A stretch of DNA of 64,000 bases from Enterobacteria phage vB_EcoM_IME340: sequence record MH051916; one strand, 5' to 3'. The stretch's first letter is position 1. Each line of letters starts with the position of its first letter. The notes below the pieces were generated by a model. That model saw nothing but the letters and a program-made list of their open reading frames with translations, ran no database searches and was not told where the DNA came from. Positions 9,939-18,778 of this stretch are shown in pieces. The position numbers were made by a program, and so were the translations under genes.

Positions 9939-10517
9939 ATGAAAACGTATCAAGAATTTATTGCTGAAGCTTCTGTAGTAAAGGCCAAAGGCATTAATAA
10001 GGACGAGTGGAACTATCGTGGTGGAAACGGCTTTGACCCTAAAACAGCCCCTATTGAACGATACTTAGCTACAAAAGCTTCCGATTTTAAAGCTTTCGCT
10101 TGGGAAGGACTTCGCTGGCGTACCGATTTAAATATTGAAGTTGACGGACTTAAATTTGCTCATATTGAAGATGTTGTTGCTAGTAACTTAGACGCAGCTT
10201 TTGTTAAAGCCGACAGTGATCTTCGTCGCTGGAATTTAAAACTGTTCTCTAAACAAAAAGGCCCGAAGTTTGTGCCTAAAGCCGGTAAATGGGTCATTGA
10301 TAATAAATTAGCTAAGGCTGTCAACTACGCTGGTCTTGAATTCGCCAAGCACAAATCATCATGGAAAGGTCTTGATGCAATGGCTTTCCGTAAAGAATTT
10401 GCCGATGTTATGGCTAAAGGCGGCTTTAAGGCAGAAATAGATACCTCTAAAGGTACGTTTAAGGACGCTAATGTTCAGTACGCTTACGCCGTTGCTAATG
10501 CAGCCCGTGGTAATTAA
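9939..10517 (+). CDS. internal-protein-like protein (MKTYQEFIAEA N-terminus), 192 aa
   Basis: N-terminus identical to the canonical T4 Ip targeting peptide. Confidence 0.65.
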   Translation: MKTYQEFIAEASVVKAKGINKDEWNYRGGNGFDPKTAPIERYLATKASDFKAFAWEGLRWRTDLNIEVDGLKFAHIEDVVASNLDAAFVKADSDLRRWNLKLFSKQKGPKFVPKAGKWVIDNKLAKAVNYAGLEFAKHKSSWKGLDAMAFRKEFADVMAKGGFKAEIDTSKGTFKDANVQYAYAVANAARGN

Positions 10518-10694
10518 TAAGGCCGATACTTAGGCCTATTTACATTCAAATAACATGGGAACAACCTGGACCTCATGATTCTATGAGGGATTCCCGCCAA
10601 CCTGTAATAAGGTCGAGCCCAAGTGCGGTAATGGGTAAATACAGAAATGGACAATTCACGCGCCATGGAATGGCCCAAATTTAGAGAGAATAAA

Positions 10695-11237
10695 ATGAGA
10701 ACATTTTTAACTGGTCCTTATCTATCCCTGATGAATGCTTTTACACACCATTCTGATGCTAGAGTAGAAGAAATTTGTAATAGTGGATTTTATGTACCTG
10801 ATTCGCCACATTTATTTAAAGAATACTGCACACTTCGATTAGATGGTGGACGTCAATCCGGTAAATCAACTGCAGTAACTAATTTTGCCGCTAATTGGTT
10901 GTATGACGGTGGAACAGTTATTGTTCTTTCTAATACTTCAGCTTACGCTAAAATTTCTGCGGGCCACATTAAAAAAGAATTTTCACGCTATTCTAATGAT
11001 GATATTCGATTCCGTTTATTTACTGATTCTGTCCGTAGTTTTGTTGGTAATAGAGGTAGCAAGTTCAGAGGTTTATCGCTTTCGCGGATTTTGTATATAA
11101 TCGATGAGCCTGTTAAATCTCCTGATATGGATAAAATTTACGATATTCATATTGAAACTGTGCAATACTGCTGCAATAGTAAATGTTGCATTGGTGGTAT
11201 TACTCGTCCACAGTTTTTCGTAATTGGAATGCAATGA
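10695..11237 (+). CDS. small P-loop NTPase-like protein
   Basis: ATG 10695 after GAGAATAAA; Walker A GGRQSGKST and Walker B-like ILYIIDEP. Confidence 0.55.
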   Translation: MRTFLTGPYLSLMNAFTHHSDARVEEICNSGFYVPDSPHLFKEYCTLRLDGGRQSGKSTAVTNFAANWLYDGGTVIVLSNTSAYAKISAGHIKKEFSRYSNDDIRFRLFTDSVRSFVGNRGSKFRGLSLSRILYIIDEPVKSPDMDKIYDIHIETVQYCCNSKCCIGGITRPQFFVIGMQ

Positions 11238-11563
11238 TGACAGATACGCAACTTTTCGAATATCTTTATTTTTCGCCAAAAACTATTAAAAATAAATTGG
11301 TGAATCATTTTGAAATTTTGGCAAATAACAACGTCTTGAGCGAATTTTATCCTAAGCAATACAAATTACAAAAAGGCGTATTCAAAGGATGCAGAGTTTT
11401 GTGTACTGCTCCTAATGCAAGATTAATGAATAAAATTCCATATTTTACCATGGAATTTATTGATGGACCTTTTAAAGGACTAATCACCCAAAGTTTAATG
11501 GCATATGATTCTGAGCCATTTTTAATTAAAGAACAATCTTGGATAAATTTATTTTCTAATTGA
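11234..11563 (+). CDS. hypothetical protein
   Basis: ATG 11234 overlapping previous stop; 109 aa. Confidence 0.5.
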   Translation: MMTDTQLFEYLYFSPKTIKNKLVNHFEILANNNVLSEFYPKQYKLQKGVFKGCRVLCTAPNARLMNKIPYFTMEFIDGPFKGLITQSLMAYDSEPFLIKEQSWINLFSN

Positions 11564-11569
11564 GGTTAT

Positions 11570-11932
11570 ATGAAAGCATATCAAATTCTTGAAGGCACGC
11601 ATAAAGGTACTATTTATTTTGAAGATGGTATTCAAGCACGAATTATTGTCTCTAAAACTTTTAAAGATGACTCTTTTGTAGACCCAGAAATTTTCTATGG
11701 TTTGCATGCCCGTGAAATTGAAATTGAAACACAACCTACAGTTAAAATTGAAGGTGGTCAACACCTGAACGTTAACGTTCTGCGTCGTGAAACTCTGGAA
11801 GATGCAGTTAAGCATCCGGAAAAATATCCGCAGCTGACCATCCGTGTATCCGGATATGCAGTTCGCTTTAACTCTCTGACTCCGGAACAGCAACGCGACG
11901 TTATTGCTCGTACCTTTACTGAGAGTTTGTAA
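11570..11932 (+). CDS. autonomous glycyl-radical cofactor (GrcA/YfiD-like), chimeric
   Basis: C-terminal ~60 aa (..[60 protein letters not shown]) match E. coli GrcA as I recall it; 3' half uses host-like codons (CTG, CGT, CCG). Confidence 0.8.
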   Translation: MKAYQILEGTHKGTIYFEDGIQARIIVSKTFKDDSFVDPEIFYGLHAREIEIETQPTVKIEGGQHLNVNVLRRETLEDAVKHPEKYPQLTIRVSGYAVRFNSLTPEQQRDVIARTFTESL

Positions 11933-12153
11933 TGGCAAAGATAATTATTGAAGGTTCTGAAGATGTGCTAAATGCTTTCGCCGAGTGGTTTAGTAATTCA
12001 GGCGAACAGCAATTTAATGAAGCGTGGAACATGGGTGATATTAGTGGAATTTATCCTACGACAGAAATTTCTGTTCAAGGATATGGAATTCATGAACCTA
12101 TTCGTTTAGTTGAATATGATTTGGGAACAGGTGAGGAAGTAAAATATGATTGA
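11932..12153 (+). CDS. hypothetical protein
   Basis: 73 aa ORF, start overlaps previous stop. Confidence 0.45.
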   Translation: MAKIIIEGSEDVLNAFAEWFSNSGEQQFNEAWNMGDISGIYPTTEISVQGYGIHEPIRLVEYDLGTGEEVKYD

Positions 12154-12412
12154 AGACATTAAAGGTTATAAGCCACATACTGACGATAAAATCAGTAAAG
12201 TGAATGCTATCAAAGACGCTGAAGTTCGTTTAGGACTTATCTTTGATGCTTTATACGATGAATTCTGGGAAGCACTAGATAATTGTGAAGACTGTGAATT
12301 CGCGAAGAATTATGCTGAAAGCCTCGATCAGTTAACTATTGCTAAAACGAAACTCAAAGAAGCCAGTATGTGGGCTTGTCGTGCTGTGTTCCAACCAGAG
12401 GAAAAATATTAA
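12146..12412 (+). CDS. hypothetical protein
   Basis: 88 aa ORF. Confidence 0.45.
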   Translation: MIEDIKGYKPHTDDKISKVNAIKDAEVRLGLIFDALYDEFWEALDNCEDCEFAKNYAESLDQLTIAKTKLKEASMWACRAVFQPEEKY

Positions 12413-12690
12413 TGGCTCAATTAAGCGCAGGGTTTGGTTATGAGTATTATACTGCCCCTCGTCGTGTATCTGTTGCTCCTAAGAAAATTCAAAGTCTTGA
12501 TGACTTCCAGGAAGTAGTTCGTAAAGCTTTCCAGGACTATGCGAGTTATCTTAAAGAAGATTCACAGGACTGTCTCGAAGAAGATGAAATTGCTTACTAT
12601 GAGCAGCGTCTTGAACAGCTCAAAAACCTACATGAGGTTCGTGCAGAAGTTACAAAGTCTATGAATAAATTGATTAGATTTAAAGAATAA
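12412..12690 (+). CDS. hypothetical protein
   Basis: ATG 12412 overlaps previous stop (TAATG); 92 aa. Confidence 0.5.
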   Translation: MAQLSAGFGYEYYTAPRRVSVAPKKIQSLDDFQEVVRKAFQDYASYLKEDSQDCLEEDEIAYYEQRLEQLKNLHEVRAEVTKSMNKLIRFKE

Positions 12691-12692
12691 CT

Positions 12693-12724
12693 GTTTACTT
12701 TTCCTCTTGACTGTGGTATAATTT
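12693..12724 (+). promoter_or_regulatory. sigma70-type early promoter
   Basis: GTTTAC 12693-12698, -10 TGGTATAAT ending 12722. Confidence 0.6.
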
Positions 12725-12749
12725 TTCTATCAGTTAAGAGGAGAATAAC

Positions 12750-13211
12750 ATGACTATCAACACAGAAGTTTTTATCCGTCGAAATAAGCTTCGTCGTCAC
12801 TTTGAGTCGGAGTTTCGTCAAATTAACAATGAGATTCATGAGGCATCAAAAGCAGCAGGAGTCTCATCGTTTCATCTAAAATATTCTCAACATCTTCTTG
12901 ATCGTGCAATTCAACGGGAGATTGATGAGACATATGTTTTTGAATTATTCCACAAAATAAAAGACCATGTTTTAGAAGTTAATGAATTCCTGAGTATGCC
13001 TCCGCGTCCTGACATTGATGAGGATTTTATTGATGGAGTTGAATATCGCCCTGGACGTTTAGAAATTACAGATGGAAATCTTTGGCTTGGATTTACGGTT
13101 TGTAAGCCTAATGAGAAGTTCAAAAACCCGTCACTTCAATGCAGGATGGCAATTATCAACAGTCGTCGTTTACCAGGAAAGGCTTCTAAAGCAGTAATTA
13201 AAACTCAATGA
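12750..13211 (+). CDS. regB: endoribonuclease RegB
   Basis: 153 aa; MTINTEVFIRRNKLRRHFESEF.. matches remembered T4 RegB. Confidence 0.85.
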   Translation: MTINTEVFIRRNKLRRHFESEFRQINNEIHEASKAAGVSSFHLKYSQHLLDRAIQREIDETYVFELFHKIKDHVLEVNEFLSMPPRPDIDEDFIDGVEYRPGRLEITDGNLWLGFTVCKPNEKFKNPSLQCRMAIINSRRLPGKASKAVIKTQ

Positions 13212-13218
13212 GGTAAGC

Positions 13219-13764
13219 ATGAGAAAAGCACTACTCGCTGGTCTATTGGCCATTTCAATGATGGCACATAGCTCCGAGCATACTTTCAGTAATGTCCAAC
13301 TCGATAACATGCGTTACGCATATCAATTCGGGGAACAATTTTCTAAGGATGGAAAATATAAAACACACAAAAATATCCACAAGAGTGGATTAGGTCATAT
13401 AATGGCTGCTATTTTATGGCAAGAAAGCTCTGCCGGAGTTAATTTAAAATCTAAACCAAAGCATCATGCCTATGGAATGTTCCAAAATTATTTGCCGACC
13501 ATGCGAGCAAGAGTTAAGGAACTTGGTTATAATATGACCGATGCTGAAATAAAAAGAATGTTGAATAAACGGTCCAATTCAGCTTCCTGGGCGTACATTG
13601 AACTTTCTTATTGGTTAAATATACATAAGGGCGATATAAGAAAGGCAATATCCTCTTATAATTCGGGATGGAATGTTAAAGCAGGTTCTAAATATGCTTC
13701 TGAAGTCCTAGAAAAGGCTAACTACCTTAAAAATAATAAACTGTTGGAAATAGTAAATGACTAA
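13219..13764 (+). CDS. secreted protein with lytic-transglycosylase-like motif (position of T4 vs.1)
   Basis: N-terminal signal peptide; AILWQESS motif resembles transglycosylase catalytic region. Confidence 0.5.
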   Translation: MRKALLAGLLAISMMAHSSEHTFSNVQLDNMRYAYQFGEQFSKDGKYKTHKNIHKSGLGHIMAAILWQESSAGVNLKSKPKHHAYGMFQNYLPTMRARVKELGYNMTDAEIKRMLNKRSNSASWAYIELSYWLNIHKGDIRKAISSYNSGWNVKAGSKYASEVLEKANYLKNNKLLEIVND

Positions 13765-14104
13765 AATTTTGGTTTTATGTATAGGATTAATTTCATTTTC
13801 TGCTTATGCGTCAGCAGATACATCATATACTGAAATTAGGGAGTATGTGAACCGCACTGCAGCGGATTATTGTGGGAAAAATAAAGCATGCCAAGCTGAA
13901 TTTGCGCAGAAATTAATATATGCATATAAAGACGGAGAAAGAGATAAATCAAGCAGATACAAAAACGATACATTATTAAAACGATATGCTAAAAAGTGGA
14001 ATACCCTAGAATGTTCAGTTGCGGAGGAAAAAGATAAAGCCGCTTGTCATTCAATGGTTGACCGTTTAGTAGATTCTTATAATCGAGGATTGAGTACTAG
14101 ATGA
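13757..14104 (+). CDS. secreted small protein (position/size consistent with T4 vs)
   Basis: 115 aa with signal peptide; several Cys. Confidence 0.45.
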   Translation: MTKILVLCIGLISFSAYASADTSYTEIREYVNRTAADYCGKNKACQAEFAQKLIYAYKDGERDKSSRYKNDTLLKRYAKKWNTLECSVAEEKDKAACHSMVDRLVDSYNRGLSTR

Positions 14105-14580
14105 TTGTAAAATATATCAAGGGCGATATTGTCGCCCTCTTTCTTGAAGGTAATATTATTGCGCACGGGTGTAACTGTTTTCATACAATGGGCAGTGGTG
14201 TAGCTGGTCAATTAGCAAGAGCCTATCCCAAAATTTTAGAAATAGATAAAACCACTACTGAGTACGGTTCTCGTGATAAATTAGGCGATATGTCTATTGT
14301 TTTTAAACATAAACCTAATGGGTTTGGCATATGTTATAACTTGTATACGCAATACGAACCAGGTCCTAATCTTGATTATGGTGCTTTAGTAAACTGCATG
14401 ATAGAATTAAATCTACAGGCAGAAACCCTTTTGTTTAAACCGGTAATTTACATTCCACGCATAGGTTGTGGTATTGCTGGCGGCGATTGGGATAAGGTTT
14501 CTAAATTAATCGACATGTTTACTCCTGATATTGATTTAATAGTGGTGGATTATGAAAGTACATTACCCACATCCGTTTGA
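14101..14580 (+). CDS. macro-domain protein (ADP-ribose binding/hydrolase fold)
   Basis: Motifs GDIV..AHGCNCFHTMGSGVAGQLARAYP and PRIGCGIAGGDW are typical of macro domains. Confidence 0.7.
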   Translation: MIVKYIKGDIVALFLEGNIIAHGCNCFHTMGSGVAGQLARAYPKILEIDKTTTEYGSRDKLGDMSIVFKHKPNGFGICYNLYTQYEPGPNLDYGALVNCMIELNLQAETLLFKPVIYIPRIGCGIAGGDWDKVSKLIDMFTPDIDLIVVDYESTLPTSV

Positions 14581-14764
14581 TCCTAAAAACAAAGCAGTAA
14601 TTATTCGTCAATGGGAACGCATTTGCCGTACTAAATGTCCAATTAATAGTCCACATGATGTAGATAAAGACTACATTGGAACATTCGTTGAATATACATT
14701 TATTGATAAGAAAGGTCGTAAACAGCATGTAGAAGAATACTGCGTAAAGGTGACATGGTTATGA
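14552..14764 (+). CDS. small Cys-containing protein
   Basis: 70 aa ORF overlapping previous 3' end. Confidence 0.4.
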   Translation: MKVHYPHPFDPKNKAVIIRQWERICRTKCPINSPHDVDKDYIGTFVEYTFIDKKGRKQHVEEYCVKVTWL

Positions 14765-14967
14765 GCCAAACTAGTATTCTTAAAAATGCCCACTGTGAAA
14801 AGTGTAAGTGGCCGGTTGTTTTTGCTTTATGTAACGATGAAATGGCTTGTGATTTCGATTATTGGTGCTATTGTTCTAATAAAGGATGCATCAATCATAA
14901 AGGTGAAGGATTTTATTCGGGATTTTATCCTTATCCAGATTTCGTTAAAGAAGGTAAACCGAAATGA
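14755..14967 (+). CDS. small Cys-rich (probable zinc-binding) protein
   Basis: 70 aa with CEKCKW..C..C..CYC..GC pattern. Confidence 0.45.
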   Translation: MVMSQTSILKNAHCEKCKWPVVFALCNDEMACDFDYWCYCSNKGCINHKGEGFYSGFYPYPDFVKEGKPK

Positions 14968-15135
14968 ATAGTTCTGAGTTACAATATGAAGTGTTACGTG
15001 AACTTGATAATTTAATTGAACTCGCTGTTAATAAAGGTTTTGCCATTGGAATTGGTCAAAAAGATACTGATCATTTAACTGTGGAAATATTTAAGCAAAA
15101 GCGAATTATTTTAAAACTTCTGGAAATTAATATAT
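14964..15135 (+). CDS. small hypothetical protein (56 aa)
   Basis: ATG overlapping previous stop; below track cutoff. Confidence 0.35.
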
Positions 15136-15319
15136 GAGCCTAAGCAAAGAACAAAAAGACAAACTCTTTTCTCTTATCCACGAAATTATGGATAAAAATA
15201 GTGAATTGGAAAAAGTTTGTAATGAATGCGGTCCTTTTAGCGCAAATGAATATGAAGAACTTTCCAAAGAATTTGATAATAAAGAACAAGAACTCATTGA
15301 TTATATAAATTCCTTATGA
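15134..15319 (+). CDS. small helical protein, member of tandem paralog family
   Basis: 61 aa; shares S.EQK..LF.L..EI pattern with 15316, 17315, 17521, 18043. Confidence 0.5.
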   Translation: MSLSKEQKDKLFSLIHEIMDKNSELEKVCNECGPFSANEYEELSKEFDNKEQELIDYINSL

Positions 15320-15504
15320 TTACTCGCGAACAAAAGAACGAAATATTATTTTTAGTTGGTGAAATTATTAGTTTAGAAAAGGATTTGTCTTTTGAAATAT
15401 CTTCTGAATATGGAGATGCCGAAACATATTACGAATTAGTAAAATCTATCGATAAAGCTGAAAATGATTTAGAAACATATTTAGAAAATTTAACTAAGGA
15501 CTAA
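15316..15504 (+). CDS. small helical protein, member of tandem paralog family
   Basis: 62 aa; paralogous pattern. Confidence 0.5.
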   Translation: MITREQKNEILFLVGEIISLEKDLSFEISSEYGDAETYYELVKSIDKAENDLETYLENLTKD

Positions 15505-15505
15505 G

Positions 15506-16087
15506 ATGGCGAGTTTAATTTTTACTTATGCAGCAATGAATGCTGGAAAATCTGCTTCTCTTTTGACTGCTGCGCATAATTATAAAGAACGTGGAATGAG
15601 TGTATTAGTTCTTAAGCCTGCTATTGATACTCGCGATTCTGTCTGTGAAGTCGTTTCTCGCATTGGAATTAAACAGGAAGCGAATATTATTACAGATGAT
15701 ATGGATATTTTCGAGTTCTATAAATGGGCTGAAGCACAAAAAGATATTCATTGCGTATTTGTAGATGAAGCCCAGTTTTTAAAAACTGAACAAGTGCATC
15801 AATTGAGTCGAATTGTTGATACATATAATGTTCCTGTTATGGCTTATGGATTAAGGACTGATTTCGCTGGAAAATTGTTTGAAGGTTCTAAAGAACTTTT
15901 AGCGATTGCAGATAAACTTATTGAACTAAAGGCAGTTTGTCATTGCGGCAAAAAAGCGATTATGACAGCTCGATTGATGGAAGATGGAACACCAGTTAAA
16001 GAAGGTAATCAAATCTGTATTGGTGATGAAATTTATGTTTCTTTGTGTAGAAAACACTGGAACGAATTAACTAAAAAGCTCGGTTAG
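15506..16087 (+). CDS. tk: thymidine kinase
   Basis: 193 aa; P-loop AAMNAGKS, Zn-binding CHCGKKA; matches remembered T4 Tk. Confidence 0.9.
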   Translation: MASLIFTYAAMNAGKSASLLTAAHNYKERGMSVLVLKPAIDTRDSVCEVVSRIGIKQEANIITDDMDIFEFYKWAEAQKDIHCVFVDEAQFLKTEQVHQLSRIVDTYNVPVMAYGLRTDFAGKLFEGSKELLAIADKLIELKAVCHCGKKAIMTARLMEDGTPVKEGNQICIGDEIYVSLCRKHWNELTKKLG

Positions 16088-16096
16088 TGCAAAAGT

Positions 16097-16104
16097 TATA
16101 AATA
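16097..16104 (+). promoter_or_regulatory. late promoter motif TATAAATA
   Basis: Exact TATAAATA 26 bp upstream of next gene. Confidence 0.45.
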
Positions 16105-16129
16105 GGTTTATCTAACTAAAGGGGTATAT

Positions 16130-16342
16130 ATGCTACAATTAACTGAAAAGCAACTTCGCAATCTTACTGTGCTTCAATTAGATGAAATTCGTAGGGAAGT
16201 TGGAAATATCATTTCAGCTTTGCGTCGAGAAGTATCACTCAACCAATCTCCGGCAGACTATACTAGATTGCGAAATTTTGAAAAATACCTTGATAAAGTT
16301 AAGGCCGTGCATCGGCATAAAGTAAATACAGGACAAAAATGA
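16130..16342 (+). CDS. hypothetical protein (rI.1 position)
   Basis: 70 aa ORF. Confidence 0.5.
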
Positions 16343-16354
16343 TAGGAGGCCTTT

Positions 16355-16648
16355 ATGGCCTTAAAAGCAACGGCACTTTTTGCCACGCTAGGATTGTCAT
16401 TTGTTTTATCTCCATCGATTGAAGCGAATGTCGATCCTCATTTTGATAAATTTATGGAATCTGGTATTAGGCACGTTTATACACTTTTTGAAAATAAAAG
16501 CGTAGAATCGTCTGAACAATTCTATAGTTTTATGAGAACGACCTATAAAAATGACCCGTGCTCTTCTGATTTTGAATGTATAGAACGAGGCGCGGAGATG
16601 GCACAATCATACGCTAGAATTATGAACATTAAATTGGAGACTGAATGA
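16355..16648 (+). CDS. rI: lysis-inhibition regulator RI (antiholin)
   Basis: 97 aa; MALKATALFA..LGLSFVLSPSIEANVDPHFDKFMESG.. matches remembered T4 RI. Confidence 0.9.
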   Translation: MALKATALFATLGLSFVLSPSIEANVDPHFDKFMESGIRHVYTLFENKSVESSEQFYSFMRTTYKNDPCSSDFECIERGAEMAQSYARIMNIKLETE

Positions 16649-17031
16649 AATTCAGCGACTTTTCACAAAGTGGAAAACCTTCAAAGGCAGATGAATACTT
16701 AGGTTTATTAATGGCTGCACAAGCTTATTTTCATTCTGCACATTTTGAAACTAAAAGTTATGCTAGACACAAAGCATACGATTTTATTTTCTCCGAGTTG
16801 CCAGATTTAATTGATAAATTTGGTGAGCAATATTTGGGGTATTCTGGTAGAAAATACACACCTTCAATTCCAGATGCCAGTAAACTTCCTACCGACACAA
16901 TTAAAATGATTGATCGCATACTAGACCAATCTAACAGCATTTATAAAGAAATGCCTCCAGCCATCCAAAGCACGATAGATGATATTACTGGAATGTTTTA
17001 CCAGAGTAAGTATCTTCTTTCCCTCGAATAA
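16645..17031 (+). CDS. hypothetical protein (rI.-1 position)
   Basis: 128 aa ORF overlapping rI stop. Confidence 0.55.
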   Translation: MKFSDFSQSGKPSKADEYLGLLMAAQAYFHSAHFETKSYARHKAYDFIFSELPDLIDKFGEQYLGYSGRKYTPSIPDASKLPTDTIKMIDRILDQSNSIYKEMPPAIQSTIDDITGMFYQSKYLLSLE

Positions 17032-17035
17032 CATT

Positions 17036-17058
17036 AGTCTCCTTCGGGAGACTTTTTT
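17036..17058 (+). terminator. rho-independent terminator
   Basis: GTCTCC-TTCG-GGAGAC hairpin followed by TTTTTT. Confidence 0.75.
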
Positions 17059-17068
17059 CATTTTACCG

Positions 17069-17101
17069 GTTTACTTTCCGTTTGAGCTGTGGTACTATAC
17101 A
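17069..17101 (+). promoter_or_regulatory. sigma70-type early promoter (shares GGTACTATACAACTATC core with the repeated cassettes)
   Basis: GTTTAC 17069-17074, -10 TACTAT 17094-17099. Confidence 0.6.
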
Positions 17102-17126
17102 ACTATCGGATAAAGAGGAGAACATC

Positions 17127-17315
17127 ATGAAAATTGAAGCACTCAATCAAGAAGGAAATATCTACGTCATCATTAACGGTGATTTTTTCGTCGACATGGA
17201 TGAAGTTACCAGTGAAGAACTTGAAGAACTTCTTAAGAAACGTTATGATATGTGTGATGAAGCTGCAACTCATATGGCGTGTGCAATATTCTCTCTTTCA
17301 TATGTGGTGGAATAA
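17127..17315 (+). CDS. small acidic protein
   Basis: ATG 17127 after AGAGGAGAACATC; 62 aa. Confidence 0.5.
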   Translation: MKIEALNQEGNIYVIINGDFFVDMDEVTSEELEELLKKRYDMCDEAATHMACAIFSLSYVVE

Positions 17316-17518
17316 TGATTAGTATCGAACAAGCAGATAAAATTAAAGAATTGGTAGCTTTAATTCGCAAAGCAGATGAGGAACTTAGTGACTTTGCTTG
17401 GTTTTCGGCAGGCATTGCAAATAAAGGTATTGAAGAATTTGAAGCTAAAGTTGATAATGCTGTAGAAGCTTTAGATATGTTTCTTGATGAAATTATCGAT
17501 CACAATACGAGAGTTTAA
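17315..17518 (+). CDS. small helical protein, tandem paralog family
   Basis: ATG overlapping previous stop (TAATG); 67 aa. Confidence 0.5.
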   Translation: MISIEQADKIKELVALIRKADEELSDFAWFSAGIANKGIEEFEAKVDNAVEALDMFLDEIIDHNTRV

Positions 17519-17520
17519 GT

Positions 17521-17715
17521 ATGCTGACACACGAACAGTTTGAAAAAATCATTAAATTAGCACGTGATGTTGAAATAGATTCATATCAATTAGCAGTTGA
17601 GCATTGTGAAGGATATTCATACGAAGGTATAGCAGCAGCTAAAAGAGATTTGGATAAATCTAAAGCTAAGTTAGTTCAATATCTTGAAATGATTAGGTGG
17701 AATAATGAAAACTGA
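17521..17715 (+). CDS. small helical protein, tandem paralog family
   Basis: 64 aa; MLTHEQFEKIIKLA.. Confidence 0.5.
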   Translation: MLTHEQFEKIIKLARDVEIDSYQLAVEHCEGYSYEGIAAAKRDLDKSKAKLVQYLEMIRWNNEN

Positions 17716-17878
17716 AAAGCAGATGTTTTTAATGAAGCTAATTGAAGAATATGCTAATGCAGTTTCTGACTATGAGTGTTCTTCTCGTGAAAGGGGTATA
17801 GCTTTCGCAAAAGAAGAAATGAAAATCATGGTTGATGCTCACACAAAGCTTCAGAATTTTATTGAAAACGTCATTTAA
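17705..17878 (+). CDS. small helical protein, tandem paralog family (57 aa)
   Basis: ATG 17705 overlapping previous 3' end; below track cutoff. Confidence 0.4.
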   Translation: MKTEKQMFLMKLIEEYANAVSDYECSSRERGIAFAKEEMKIMVDAHTKLQNFIENVI

Positions 17879-17880
17879 CG

Positions 17881-17912
17881 GTTTACAAGTTGGCAAGGTT
17901 ATGGTATAGTAA
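17881..17912 (+). promoter_or_regulatory. sigma70-type early promoter
   Basis: GTTTAC 17881-17886, -10 TATAGT 17905-17910. Confidence 0.55.
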
Positions 17913-18042
17913 TCTTGTCAACTGCTAAGGAGAAGAGAATGAAAATTTTGTTTGTTGTGTATGTGATGATTCAATATAATTACCCAATGTTTACGTATAA
18001 TTTGGTGAACAACATTATTGATATTATTCAAAGGAGTATGTA

Positions 18043-18228
18043 ATGACAAGTGAGCAGGCTTTTAAATTAAGAGAATTAATTGAGACGTATAGTAGAGCTG
18101 TTCATACATCAACAATTATTGATGAATCAGCTTTCTCCGGACATGCTAACAAGATTAAATACAAAACTCTTATGGAAGAAGCTAAAGTAAATCTTGATTC
18201 TTATATTGAAACTTTAATTGGTAAATAA
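18043..18228 (+). CDS. small helical protein, tandem paralog family
   Basis: 61 aa; MTSEQAFKLRELIETY.. Confidence 0.5.
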   Translation: MTSEQAFKLRELIETYSRAVHTSTIIDESAFSGHANKIKYKTLMEEAKVNLDSYIETLIGK

Positions 18229-18229
18229 T

Positions 18230-18772
18230 ATGAAAGCTGTAATTGAAACAACTGATTTGTTCGGTGACCTGGTTATCGAAAAACGTGATAATGTATACGT
18301 TCTGACGCAGGAAGACGATAATATTACTATTCTTCCTATGGAACTGGCTGCGATTTTATCTTATGCTCCCTCAGGAGTTACCGGTGTAACTAATATTACA
18401 GGCGACCTCCAAGTTCGTTTTTATCGTGGCCTTTACGGCGGTAATATTGAAACTGAATTTATGTGTCTTTCTATCAACAATTGGGCAACATTCGTTACCA
18501 AGGTGAAAGAATTCTTGGAATCTGAAACAATCGAAACACCCGAAAAGGCTAAACTTCAATGGGCTAAAGATCGCGGTGCTAGCATTATTAATCCAGTAGC
18601 TGCAAATTATACTACGACTTTGGATGTCAAGACTTCTTATGAAGATGGCGATGTCGTACTTGTTCGCCAAATTGATGATTCTCGAGCACATATTGTCACA
18701 TTTACCAAAGACGAAGCTATTGCACTAAAGACTTATCTTGATTCTGTCATTCCAACTATGATTTCAAAGTGA
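18230..18772 (+). CDS. hypothetical protein, paralog of 18779-19300
   Basis: ATG 18230; C-terminus ..KTYLDSVIPTMISK resembles ..IKYLTTVTPSMKG of next gene. Confidence 0.55.
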   Translation: MKAVIETTDLFGDLVIEKRDNVYVLTQEDDNITILPMELAAILSYAPSGVTGVTNITGDLQVRFYRGLYGGNIETEFMCLSINNWATFVTKVKEFLESETIETPEKAKLQWAKDRGASIINPVAANYTTTLDVKTSYEDGDVVLVRQIDDSRAHIVTFTKDEAIALKTYLDSVIPTMISK

Positions 18773-18778
18773 GGAAAT

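Noticed and set aside
10518-10694. Intergenic 177 bp after the Ip cluster considered as a small RNA or micro-ORF locus
   Set aside because: Only very short ORFs (7 aa or less) without SD and a weak hairpin are present, with no recognisable promoter-terminator pair. That is insufficient evidence for a feature.
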